A stretch of 64,000 bases of DNA from Desulfomonilia bacterium. Its GTDB lineage: Bacteria; Desulfobacterota; Desulfomonilia; UBA1062. Numbering within the stretch: the stretch's first letter is position 1; every line of letters begins with the position of its first letter. The translations under genes were made by a program, and so were the position numbers. The notes beneath the pieces are model-generated. The model was not told the origin of the DNA and searched no databases. It was given only the letters and a program-made list of their open reading frames with translations. The DNA lies in the NCBI GenBank assembly GCA_050014195.1, contig JBEKDT010000015.1, forward strand, positions 1 through 64,000. Reading direction: 5' to 3'. Below, piece by piece: positions 47,367-55,258 of this stretch.

Positions 47367-47606
47367 ATGAAACGGATAAAGACAAAGAAAGAGAAGATCG
47401 AAAGGGCACTGGCCAACAGGCTCAGCAGGATCAGCGCATACAGTCTGGTGCTCGTTACGATGACCTTCCTCGGGCTGTACGGTGGGATGGAGCTTGACAA
47501 GATGACGGGCATGACGCCCAACTTCACCTTTGTCTGCCTGATCGTCGGCATCGCCCTGGGCTTCAAGGGCTTCATCCAGGAAGTCATCGCAGAGAGAAAG
47601 GCGTAA
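47367..47606 (+). CDS. AtpZ/AtpI-like two-TM protein, copy 2
   Basis: GMELDKMTGMTPNFTFVCLIVGIALG signature; AAGGAGG RBS. Confidence 0.78.
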   Translation: MKRIKTKKEKIERALANRLSRISAYSLVLVTMTFLGLYGGMELDKMTGMTPNFTFVCLIVGIALGFKGFIQEVIAERKA

Positions 47607-47611
47607 GTACC

Positions 47612-47704
47612 ATGACGGTTCTATTCATCACCATGGGCATAACCGCGCTGCTCGCGCTCACTGTGAGGTTCCCCAGGCACACGGGTGCACATCACGGGCA
47701 CTGA
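47612..47704 (+). CDS. Possible 30-aa single-TM peptide with His-rich tail
   Basis: MTVLFITMGITALLALTVRFPRHTGAHHGH; starts 5 nt after the previous stop; host-like codon usage. Confidence 0.5.
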   Translation: MTVLFITMGITALLALTVRFPRHTGAHHGH

Positions 47705-47803
47705 GCAACACTTATAACAACCGGGTCCACCTTACACAGAACTTACCAAGGATATCCAGCAACCTTCCCTGTAAAGCCGGCCTTCTCCACGACAAACCAT
47801 AAT

Positions 47804-47832
47804 AAAACGAAAACGACCTAGGGTCAGGTCGT
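47804..47832 (-). terminator. Probable terminator after the response regulator
   Basis: ACGACCT-loop-AGGTCGT hairpin followed by T-rich sequence on the minus strand. Confidence 0.5.
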
Positions 47833-47866
47833 CTTGGGATATTTTGATAAAACCTGTTGCAGTCCC

Positions 47867-49237
47867 CTACATCACCTCTTTGCCATGCTGGATATTATAC
47901 TTCCTGATCTTGTAATGCATGACCCTGCGGGAGATGCCGAGGATCTGGGCTGCATCTTTCTGGACCCAGTTGGACTTTTTAAGTGCCTGGATAAGCATGG
48001 TCTTCTCATGGGATTCAATGGGGTTAAGCCCTTCATCAGAGAGTGGAACAGATGTTGTATGGTCGAACATGCCCGACGGCAGGATCTCGTCCGGCGTGAT
48101 GATGGAATCTTTGCTGAGTACCACTGCCGACTGGATAATATTCTTAAGCTCTCTTACATTGCCGGGCCACGTATGGGCAAGGAGCATATCCATGGCCTCT
48201 CGGCTGAACCCGGTCACGGTCTTGCCGGTCTTGTTGCTGAATTCCGTAAGGAAGACCTGGGCGAGGCCGATTATGTCTTCTTTGCGATCTCTGAGCGGCG
48301 GCAGTTGAATAGTGAAGACCTTGAGCCGGTAGAAAAGATCTTCCCGGAATTCACCACAGTCCACTTTAGCCTTGAGGTCGACATTGGTGGCGGCAATTAT
48401 CCGGATGTCCACATGCTTCTGATTGATCTCGCCCAGGCGCCTGAACTCACCGGATTCCAACACCCTCAAGAGCCGTGTCTGCATCTCGGGTGATATGTTA
48501 CCGATCTCATCGAGAAACAACGTCCCGCCGTCGGCCTCCTCGATGATGCCGCGCTTTTCCTTTACGGCCCCGGTAAAAGCACCCCGCCCATAGCCGAACA
48601 GTTCGGCCTCAATGAGAGTGGGGGGGGTAGCCCCGCAATCCATGATAACGAGCTTGCCCTCACGCCTTTTACTCTCATAATGGAGCATCCGAGTTATAAG
48701 CTCCTTGCCGGTGCCCGACTCGCCCAGAACAAGCACGGTGGCGTCCGATGAGCTCACCTGGCGGACAAGGGCCAAGATCTTTTTCATGGCAGGGCTTTCG
48801 GCATAGATATGCTGCTCTATGTCGTCTCCGATCTCCTGCTCGAGGTAGCGCACCCGCTGCTTGAGACTGCGCTTTTCAATAGCCTTCTCGATCTTGGCCA
48901 CCAGTTCTATGGCCTCGAACGGCTTCACAAGGTAGTCATGAGCACCTTCTTTGATAGCCTGAACAGCGCCCTCGATGGAGCCGTAAGCAGTGAAGATGAT
49001 GACCTCGATGTCAGGGTCTATCTTCTTGGCCTCTTTGAGGACCTCCATGCCGTCCATGTCCGGCATCTTGAGGTCGGTAATCAGGACGCTGAAATTGTCC
49101 TTCCTGAGGGCATCCAGGGCCTTATTGGCCTTCGTATATCCAACGGCATAGAAACCCATCGCTTCAAGCCTCGCAACCAAGACCTCCACGATGTCGGGCT
49201 CATCATCAAGGATGATGATCTTATGCCTGGGATTCAT
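47867..49237 (-). CDS. Sigma54-dependent response regulator (NtrC/GlrR-like)
   Basis: Receiver, GESGTGKE, intact GAFTGA, FLDEIG, WPGNVREL, Fis-type HTH. Confidence 0.97.
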   Translation of the reverse strand: MNPRHKIIILDDEPDIVEVLVARLEAMGFYAVGYTKANKALDALRKDNFSVLITDLKMPDMDGMEVLKEAKKIDPDIEVIIFTAYGSIEGAVQAIKEGAHDYLVKPFEAIELVAKIEKAIEKRSLKQRVRYLEQEIGDDIEQHIYAESPAMKKILALVRQVSSSDATVLVLGESGTGKELITRMLHYESKRREGKLVIMDCGATPPTLIEAELFGYGRGAFTGAVKEKRGIIEEADGGTLFLDEIGNISPEMQTRLLRVLESGEFRRLGEINQKHVDIRIIAATNVDLKAKVDCGEFREDLFYRLKVFTIQLPPLRDRKEDIIGLAQVFLTEFSNKTGKTVTGFSREAMDMLLAHTWPGNVRELKNIIQSAVVLSKDSIITPDEILPSGMFDHTTSVPLSDEGLNPIESHEKTMLIQALKKSNWVQKDAAQILGISRRVMHYKIRKYNIQHGKEVM

Positions 49238-49800
49238 TGCTTTCCCCTGCGTTTAACCGATTCAATATGGATCTGCTCCAGCTTGTTCAGCTTATAACTG
49301 AGCAGTTCAATCTCTTTTTTAATGTCCTCGTTCTCCTTCTTCAAGGTCTCGATCTCTTTTTTTGCCTGTTCCAGGCTCCGTTTCAGTTCTTCACTCTCCT
49401 TGGCATATTCCTTGGCCTTGGCAGCAGACTTCTGAAAGGTCTCCATACGCTCAAGGAGTTCCAGCAAGTAGCCTGCCTCCACCTTCAGGTAACCAGGCAA
49501 TAAGGTTTGACCCCTTATCTCTTCCAGATCGGTCTTCATAATACCGAAGGCATATTCACCCTTTACGATGGAGTCCATGATGAGCGCGATCTTATGCCGG
49601 GCCACAAGCGATGGCGGAAACACAGGTTCCAAGGCCTTGAGGTTCTCTTCAGAGGCCTTGCCATGGGAGAGATTTTTCTCGGCACTGTCAATCTTCTTGC
49701 CCAGAATATCCGTCGCACATCCCTGGAAGAGAAGCATGGTCATGAGCAGCAGGGAGGCTGAAAGAAAAGATACTCCCCTTGCCCACATTGCTTTGTACAT
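49234..49800 (-). CDS. Coiled-coil lipoprotein (QseG/YfhG-like position and architecture)
   Basis: GGAGG 8 nt before ATG 49800; lipobox FQGC; C-terminal coiled coil ending KL.KLE.I; between kinase and regulator. Confidence 0.7.
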   Translation of the reverse strand: MYKAMWARGVSFLSASLLLMTMLLFQGCATDILGKKIDSAEKNLSHGKASEENLKALEPVFPPSLVARHKIALIMDSIVKGEYAFGIMKTDLEEIRGQTLLPGYLKVEAGYLLELLERMETFQKSAAKAKEYAKESEELKRSLEQAKKEIETLKKENEDIKKEIELLSYKLNKLEQIHIESVKRRGKQ

Positions 49801-51208
49801 ATACCTTTCCTCCATGTGCATCAACGATCCCCCTGGAGATCGCAAGACCGAGACCTATGCCGCCATGGCCCCTGGTGTATCTTGACTGATAGAACTTTTC
49901 AAAGATTCGGGGCAGGTCTTCTTCGGGTATCCCTTTACCGTGGTCCTCGACCTCAGTGATAATGTTATCGTCTGAGTTCCTTAACCTGATCTCTACAATA
50001 GAGCCTTCGGGTGAGTATTTGATGGCATTGTGTGTGAGGTTTGTCAAGACCTGCAGGATCTTGTTCCAGTCCACCATGACCATACAGTCTCCTTGGGTAT
50101 AATCCACGTTGATCTCCACGCCATTGATATCGGCAATGGGTTTGATCTCGGAGATAAACGAAGTGATTACGGAGTTCATGTCATGGAGCTCCATATGGAG
50201 CCTTACCATGCCGCTCTCGATTCGTGACATCTCCAGCAGCTCGGAGACTGTATGCAGGAGCCTCTTGATGCCTTGCCCCATAATCTCCACAAGCCGCTTC
50301 TGTCTGTCAGCGAGATCGCCTGCCAGGCCTTCAAGAAGCAGGCTCGCCGCTTCTTTCATTGAGGTAAGCGGCGTCTTGAGCTCGTGAGATACTACGGAGA
50401 TGAATTCAGACTTCATGTCATCGAGCTCTTTCAGACGTAGCGCCATATTATTGAAAGATTCGGCAAGCTGGCCCAGTTCGTCCTTGGAACCCAGGGCGAT
50501 ACGGTAAGAGAAGTCGCCCTCAGAGATGTGCTTGATGCCGCCCTTAATGCGTTTGAGATCCCTGGTTACACTCCGATAGATGAGGACAGGCACAATAAGG
50601 CCGATGCTCAGGGCCACTGCCAGCACCCACCATGTCCATGCCATAATCTGATCACCAAGCTCCTTCAGGTAGGCGATGTGCGCGCGTAACCGGTCGATGG
50701 CCTCATTGTTCACATAGCGTGCGATCCCCACGATGCCGTCGATCTCGCTGCTGTTGCGTTCAAAGAGCGTCTCCAGCTCCGTGGGATCATCGGGAAGCTG
50801 AGCGAGTTGCGATTGGAATCTGCTCACATAGGCCATCCACAAGCCTTTGCCGTTTTCCACCATGTTCCGCTCAGGCTCGTCGTAATACATGCCCTTGGTG
50901 CCGAGATTATCCCATGCCCGGGAGATATCATTCTCCTGCTGCTCCAAGATGACATGATAGGATTCGTTCTGGAGGAGCATATACTGCTTCCCGGTTTCTT
51001 CTATTGAGATAAGGTTGGCTATGAGCTTGTCCGTGATCTCTTTTTTCTTGTAATCTATCAGATAGATCTTGGTGCTGAGCGTGCTCACCCTTGAAGATAC
51101 CACAAAGAGAACCAGCGTGATCCCGAACAGGACTATTACAAAGACCACATAGGTCAAAATGAGCTTTTGGAGGAGACCCGGTTTTGTCATGCTTAAGATT
51201 ATAGACAT
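49688..51208 (-). CDS. HAMP-domain sensor histidine kinase (GlrK/QseE-like)
   Basis: Two TMs, HAMP (DELGQLAESFN.M), SHELKTPL, NAIKY, GIGLGL. Confidence 0.95.
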   Translation of the reverse strand: MSIILSMTKPGLLQKLILTYVVFVIVLFGITLVLFVVSSRVSTLSTKIYLIDYKKKEITDKLIANLISIEETGKQYMLLQNESYHVILEQQENDISRAWDNLGTKGMYYDEPERNMVENGKGLWMAYVSRFQSQLAQLPDDPTELETLFERNSSEIDGIVGIARYVNNEAIDRLRAHIAYLKELGDQIMAWTWWVLAVALSIGLIVPVLIYRSVTRDLKRIKGGIKHISEGDFSYRIALGSKDELGQLAESFNNMALRLKELDDMKSEFISVVSHELKTPLTSMKEAASLLLEGLAGDLADRQKRLVEIMGQGIKRLLHTVSELLEMSRIESGMVRLHMELHDMNSVITSFISEIKPIADINGVEINVDYTQGDCMVMVDWNKILQVLTNLTHNAIKYSPEGSIVEIRLRNSDDNIITEVEDHGKGIPEEDLPRIFEKFYQSRYTRGHGGIGLGLAISRGIVDAHGGKVYVQSNVGKGSIFSFSLPAAHDHASLPGMCDGYSGQED

Positions 51209-51241
51209 CTCTCCGATAAGTGAGCAAGGGAGAGATTAATT

Positions 51242-51580
51242 ATGTCATCTATACTCCTCTCGGCACTAAGGGCAAATGAAATCCTTCAGGCCAACGCCTC
51301 ATCCAATGTGGCGAACATGAACACGCCTGAATACAAGGCAATTCAGACCACCATCGTCCCATCGATCGACGACTCGGTGGATGTGACTACAACCAGCTCC
51401 GATGATCCCGCCCCTCTGGACACTGAAGGCCGCACGGGATCGAACGTGGATGTCACAAAAGATATCACCGACATGATGCAGGCTAAAACGGGTTTCGAGG
51501 CCGCGCTGAGTGCCATCAGCGTCCGTGAGGGTATGCTCGACGACCTTATGACTTTATTAACGAGAGAGCGGCCTCAGTAG
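51242..51580 (+). CDS. Orphan flagellar basal-body rod-like (FlgC-type termini) small protein
   Basis: SNVANMNTPEYK and SNVD..KDITDMM.A..GF.A terminal motifs; no other flagellar genes in the window. Confidence 0.7.
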   Translation: MSSILLSALRANEILQANASSNVANMNTPEYKAIQTTIVPSIDDSVDVTTTSSDDPAPLDTEGRTGSNVDVTKDITDMMQAKTGFEAALSAISVREGMLDDLMTLLTRERPQ

Positions 51581-51640
51581 TCAGCAGTCACTATTCAAAA
51601 TAAAAATTTTTCTTAACCGGATCCGGGAGCAATTAATTCT

Positions 51641-51940
51641 GGTTCTTCTCTGTGAAGCATACTTTTATAGTTTGCATCCTTTTCACAGCCCATTGTTCTC
51701 ACCACGAAGGACACGAAGAGCACGAAGAATGTCTAAGAAATATATAACAGCCACTCTTGGATCCTTTGCCCTGGACTGAGATTTAAAAAGGTTTCCTTTC
51801 TTCGTGTCCTTCGTGGTGAAAGTATTCCTATGTCTGCTCGAACCCCATGCTCAATTCTGGTTGCTATGCTGCGCTAAGCTCTTCGTGGTGATATATCCCT
51901 TTGTGTGCTCTTCAATGATCCGAGGATGCTTTACTGGGAT
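51641..51940. repeat. Nonamer-array element, copy B (inverted relative to 45310-45536, with an internal insertion)
   Basis: accacgaaggacacgaagagcacgaag (51701-51727) faces cttcgtgtccttcgtggt; shared flanks ggatgcaaac.ataaaa.tatgcttca..gagaagaacc and gatcattga.gagcacacaaag. Confidence 0.85.
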
Positions 51941-51974
51941 GAACCTTAATTCTTGGCAGGATTGTAAAACCCAC

Positions 51975-52200
51975 TATCTCTTCAAAAAGGGCGGGGCCCA
52001 TCCGGCGCTGGGGGCAGGCGTGCCCATCGTACCCATAACGGGAAGCGGAACTTACGGGATCCTCCCCAAACACTCAATCCGGGTCAGACCGGGCAGGATT
52101 ACCATGACCGTCCTCGAAGCCCATATACCCTAAAGGACACGATGTCGTATCGCTTATGGAAGAGGTATACAAGTCCGTCAAACTCGGTTATACTGCCTAG
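51975..52200 (+). pseudogene. C-terminal remnant of a PlsC-type acyltransferase (5' truncated, frameshifted)
   Basis: LFKKGGAH.A..AGVPIVPIT.SGTY.ILPK....VRPGRI, then after a frameshift KPIYPKGHDVVSLMEEVY; no N-terminal NH4D region. Confidence 0.7.
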
Positions 52201-52203
52201 CCG

Positions 52204-53466
52204 ATGATTGGTGATCTGCTCTACAGGTGTCCTTTGTGCGGTGCATTTGATTGGCTTGAGAGAGATCATTGCGTTTCCTGTAATATGGACTTCAGGCTCG
52301 TAACCCGCTCGCTTGCATCCGTTAACGGTGATGTCAGGCCCATCTCGCACTGGTATAAGAAGATCCGGGCCTTCGATCCGCCCAGGGACCCGTCCGGCGT
52401 CATTATGAAAAGCCGGCAGGTCAGGCTCTCCCGGGAGTCTCAAGAGGGTATATATAAGGGGTATGCAGGCATTACGGCATACCATTTCTCAAGGGTCCAG
52501 GCGGACATGGGCACCCTGACCCTGAAAGAAGACGGTCTGAGCTTCTCGGGGGCCGCCGGCAGCATCGACCTGCCGTTGAATAAAATCCTGGGGGTTACCA
52601 TCGAATCGAACACCATTATCATCATCAACCCGGCGCATGGGCCCCTGTTCTTTGATTTCCTGGAAGAATCGGGGAAAAAGTGGGAAGACCTCATCCAGGG
52701 CTCACTCATAAAACATTATGATCCCAAAAATATCGTGGAATTTTACCCACGGGTCCTCATTCAAGGCTCCCTGAGGGAAAACCCCTCAAAGGCACCGGGC
52801 CATCTCAAGCTGCACGTACCGGAGAAGAAGTGGTACGCAAAGGATAAAAGCCTGCTCTCTGCTGCGCTTAAGCCTGTTGCCCGGCCTATTCTGAAGGCAC
52901 TCCTGTCGATAAAGATTACCGGGCTTGAGAACATACCCGCAAAGGGTCCGGCCATCGTAATGCCCAATCACACGTCTTTCCTCGATTCCGTTGTCCTCGG
53001 CTTCTTTACAAAGCGGGACATCTGGTTCATGGCAAAAAATTCGGAATACCGCCACGCCTTCATGAAGTGGTTCCTGCGCCATGCAGGCTCCTTCCCCGTC
53101 CGGCGGTACAATATCGATGTCCAGGCCGTTCGAAACACCATACGGGTGGTTCAGCACGGCCACATCCTGGGCATATTCCCCGAGGGAGAGCGCACATGGG
53201 ACGGTGAGATGCTCCCGCTCCGCACCGGCACGATCCGGCTCATCCTGGCGCTGAATACGCCCATCATCCCGGTGGGCATTTCCGGTTCATACGAACTCAT
53301 GCCCCGCTGGACAGCCTCCATCAAGCGTGTCCCGGTCAATATCTCCATAGGCAAACCGATCAAGTTTGCCCACATACCTATCCCGAGACAGACCAGGGAC
53401 GACATAGAGTCCGCATCCACGGAACTGCGTACGCAGATACAAAAACTGATCGGGGGGACACCATGA
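52204..53466 (+). CDS. 1-acyl-sn-glycerol-3-phosphate acyltransferase with extra N-terminal Cys-rich domain
   Basis: C-terminal NHTSFLD, FMAK, FPEGER, IIPVGI; N-terminal CPLC...CVSC. Confidence 0.88.
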   Translation: MIGDLLYRCPLCGAFDWLERDHCVSCNMDFRLVTRSLASVNGDVRPISHWYKKIRAFDPPRDPSGVIMKSRQVRLSRESQEGIYKGYAGITAYHFSRVQADMGTLTLKEDGLSFSGAAGSIDLPLNKILGVTIESNTIIIINPAHGPLFFDFLEESGKKWEDLIQGSLIKHYDPKNIVEFYPRVLIQGSLRENPSKAPGHLKLHVPEKKWYAKDKSLLSAALKPVARPILKALLSIKITGLENIPAKGPAIVMPNHTSFLDSVVLGFFTKRDIWFMAKNSEYRHAFMKWFLRHAGSFPVRRYNIDVQAVRNTIRVVQHGHILGIFPEGERTWDGEMLPLRTGTIRLILALNTPIIPVGISGSYELMPRWTASIKRVPVNISIGKPIKFAHIPIPRQTRDDIESASTELRTQIQKLIGGTP

Positions 53467-55079
53467 GCATGGTAAAGGTAATCCCCTTAGGCGGTGTCAG
53501 AGAGTTCGGGCTCAATTCCATGGTCATCGAGACCGCTCAGGGGTCGATCGTGGTGGATACGGGCGTTATGTTCCCCAAGTTCAATCCTACCGGCATTGAC
53601 CAGATCATTCCGGACTTCAGCTATGTGGTGGATAACCAGGAGGCATTCCAGGGCATCCTCCTTACCCATGGACATGAAGACCATATCGGGGCGCTACCCT
53701 ACCTTTTGAAAGAGGCCCCCATACCCGTCTACAGCCATCCCTTTACCCTGGAGCTGGCCAAGCGAAAGCTCAAGGAATATGACATGGACGGCCGTCTCAA
53801 ACTCATCCCGGTCCATGCGGGCCAGAAGATAAGCCTGGCGGGCATGGACATCGAATTCATCGAGGTGCGCCATTCCACCATCGGGTGTTTTTCATTGAAC
53901 ATACTCACGCCCCAGGGACGCATCGTCCATTCCGGAGACTTCAAGGAGGTTCCAAGCGAATTCAGGACCATGGAAGGACCGGTGAAGCTCTTTATCTGCG
54001 AGAGCACCAACGCAGAGCTCGACCCCAGATGCTCGGACGAGGACAAGGTCTTCTCCAGCATAGACTCCATCATCAAAAAGACACACGGTGCAGTGCTCAT
54101 CTCCACATTCTCCAGTCATGTGAAGCGCGTCCAGATGCTCTATGAGCTTGCCGTGCGGAACAACAGAAAGGTCACCATCATCGGCAGGAGCATGAATCAG
54201 ATTGTGGATATCGCCACCGACCTCGGTATCCTCGATCTCGATCCGAGGGACCTCATCAAGCCTGAGGAAATCGTTTCCATTGACAGAAGCAAGCTCATGA
54301 TCATCTGCACGGGCACCCAGGGTGAGGTCTATTCGGTCCTGTCACTCATCGCGAGAGGCTGGCACAAATTCAAGGTGAAGACCGGCGACAGCGCTATCAT
54401 CTCGGCCCGCATCATCCCCGGCAACGAGATCGCCATTGCCCGCTGCATCGACCAGCTCATCGATTACGGCGCCCGGGTCTATTACCCCGATATTGCCGAT
54501 GTTCATGCCACAGGCCATGCCACACATAAGGCACTAATCGAGTCGGTCAGGCTGCTCAATCCTCAGATCCTCATGCCCATCCACGGCGAGCTGCGCCACA
54601 TGAAGTCATTAGCGGACATGGTGGAGACATCGCTCAACCTTAACCCGCAGATCATCTTCGCCAGGCCCGGACAGGTCTGGACCTTAACAGAGAACGGCAT
54701 GGAGATCACCGGTGAAGCACCCTATGGAAAGTGCTTTGTAGACGGTGAGCTCACCGGCGATATCAGGGATGTGGTATTAAGAGACCGCAGGCATATATCC
54801 GAGGGCGGGCTCGTCATCGTGTTCGTCGTGATCGACTCGGTCAAGTATGAAATTGCCCTGGGGCCCGACATCATGTGCAAAGGGGTCGTGCCCGCGAGCA
54901 TGGAGCAGGAGATCATGGAGGAGATCCGTGAGAATGTCCTTTCCATCTTGGGAATCTGCCTCGGCAAGGACACGGACACACAGATTATCCAGAACCGCAT
55001 GCGGGAATCGCTGGGCACCACTCTCAAAGCGAGGCTCGGGAAGAAGCCCATGATCATCCCGATCATCATGGAGATGTAG
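53463..55079 (+). CDS. rnj: Ribonuclease J
   Basis: LGGVREFGLN, THGHEDHIG, GDFK, IPGNE, HATGH, PIHGE. Confidence 0.95.
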   Translation: MSMVKVIPLGGVREFGLNSMVIETAQGSIVVDTGVMFPKFNPTGIDQIIPDFSYVVDNQEAFQGILLTHGHEDHIGALPYLLKEAPIPVYSHPFTLELAKRKLKEYDMDGRLKLIPVHAGQKISLAGMDIEFIEVRHSTIGCFSLNILTPQGRIVHSGDFKEVPSEFRTMEGPVKLFICESTNAELDPRCSDEDKVFSSIDSIIKKTHGAVLISTFSSHVKRVQMLYELAVRNNRKVTIIGRSMNQIVDIATDLGILDLDPRDLIKPEEIVSIDRSKLMIICTGTQGEVYSVLSLIARGWHKFKVKTGDSAIISARIIPGNEIAIARCIDQLIDYGARVYYPDIADVHATGHATHKALIESVRLLNPQILMPIHGELRHMKSLADMVETSLNLNPQIIFARPGQVWTLTENGMEITGEAPYGKCFVDGELTGDIRDVVLRDRRHISEGGLVIVFVVIDSVKYEIALGPDIMCKGVVPASMEQEIMEEIRENVLSILGICLGKDTDTQIIQNRMRESLGTTLKARLGKKPMIIPIIMEM

Positions 55080-55085
55080 TTGCGT

Positions 55086-55240
55086 GGTCTTCCTGCTTTC
55101 CATCACATCTAGGCGGCGGCAATTGCTTTCAAAGCAGGGTTGATTTCTTCTGCATTTCTGGTATGGACGTTACAAAGAGAGTCTTTTTTCATCTTTTCTC
55201 GGTATTGCTTAAGCGGCGGGAATTAACCGCCTTGGGTTGA
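55086..55240 (+). pseudogene. Possible eroded C-terminal remnant of undecaprenyl-diphosphatase (UppP/BacA)
   Basis: Reads AAAIAFKAGLISSAFLVWTLQRESFFIFSRYCLSGG with stops on both sides; resembles the UppP C-terminus AF..G..AI.FL...L.R.....F..YC...G. Confidence 0.4.
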
Positions 55241-55258
55241 GGTAAGGAAGGTTCATTC

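Noticed and set aside
45664-47606. AtpZ-like genes as part of an ATP synthase operon
   Set aside because: No atpB/E/F/H/A/G/D/C in the window, and the partner proteins lack the c-subunit GxGxGxG and RQP motifs.
51804-52133. 109-aa ORF as an intact gene
   Set aside because: Its first half is repeat-element sequence; only the tail resembles PlsC, so it is treated as a pseudogene fragment.
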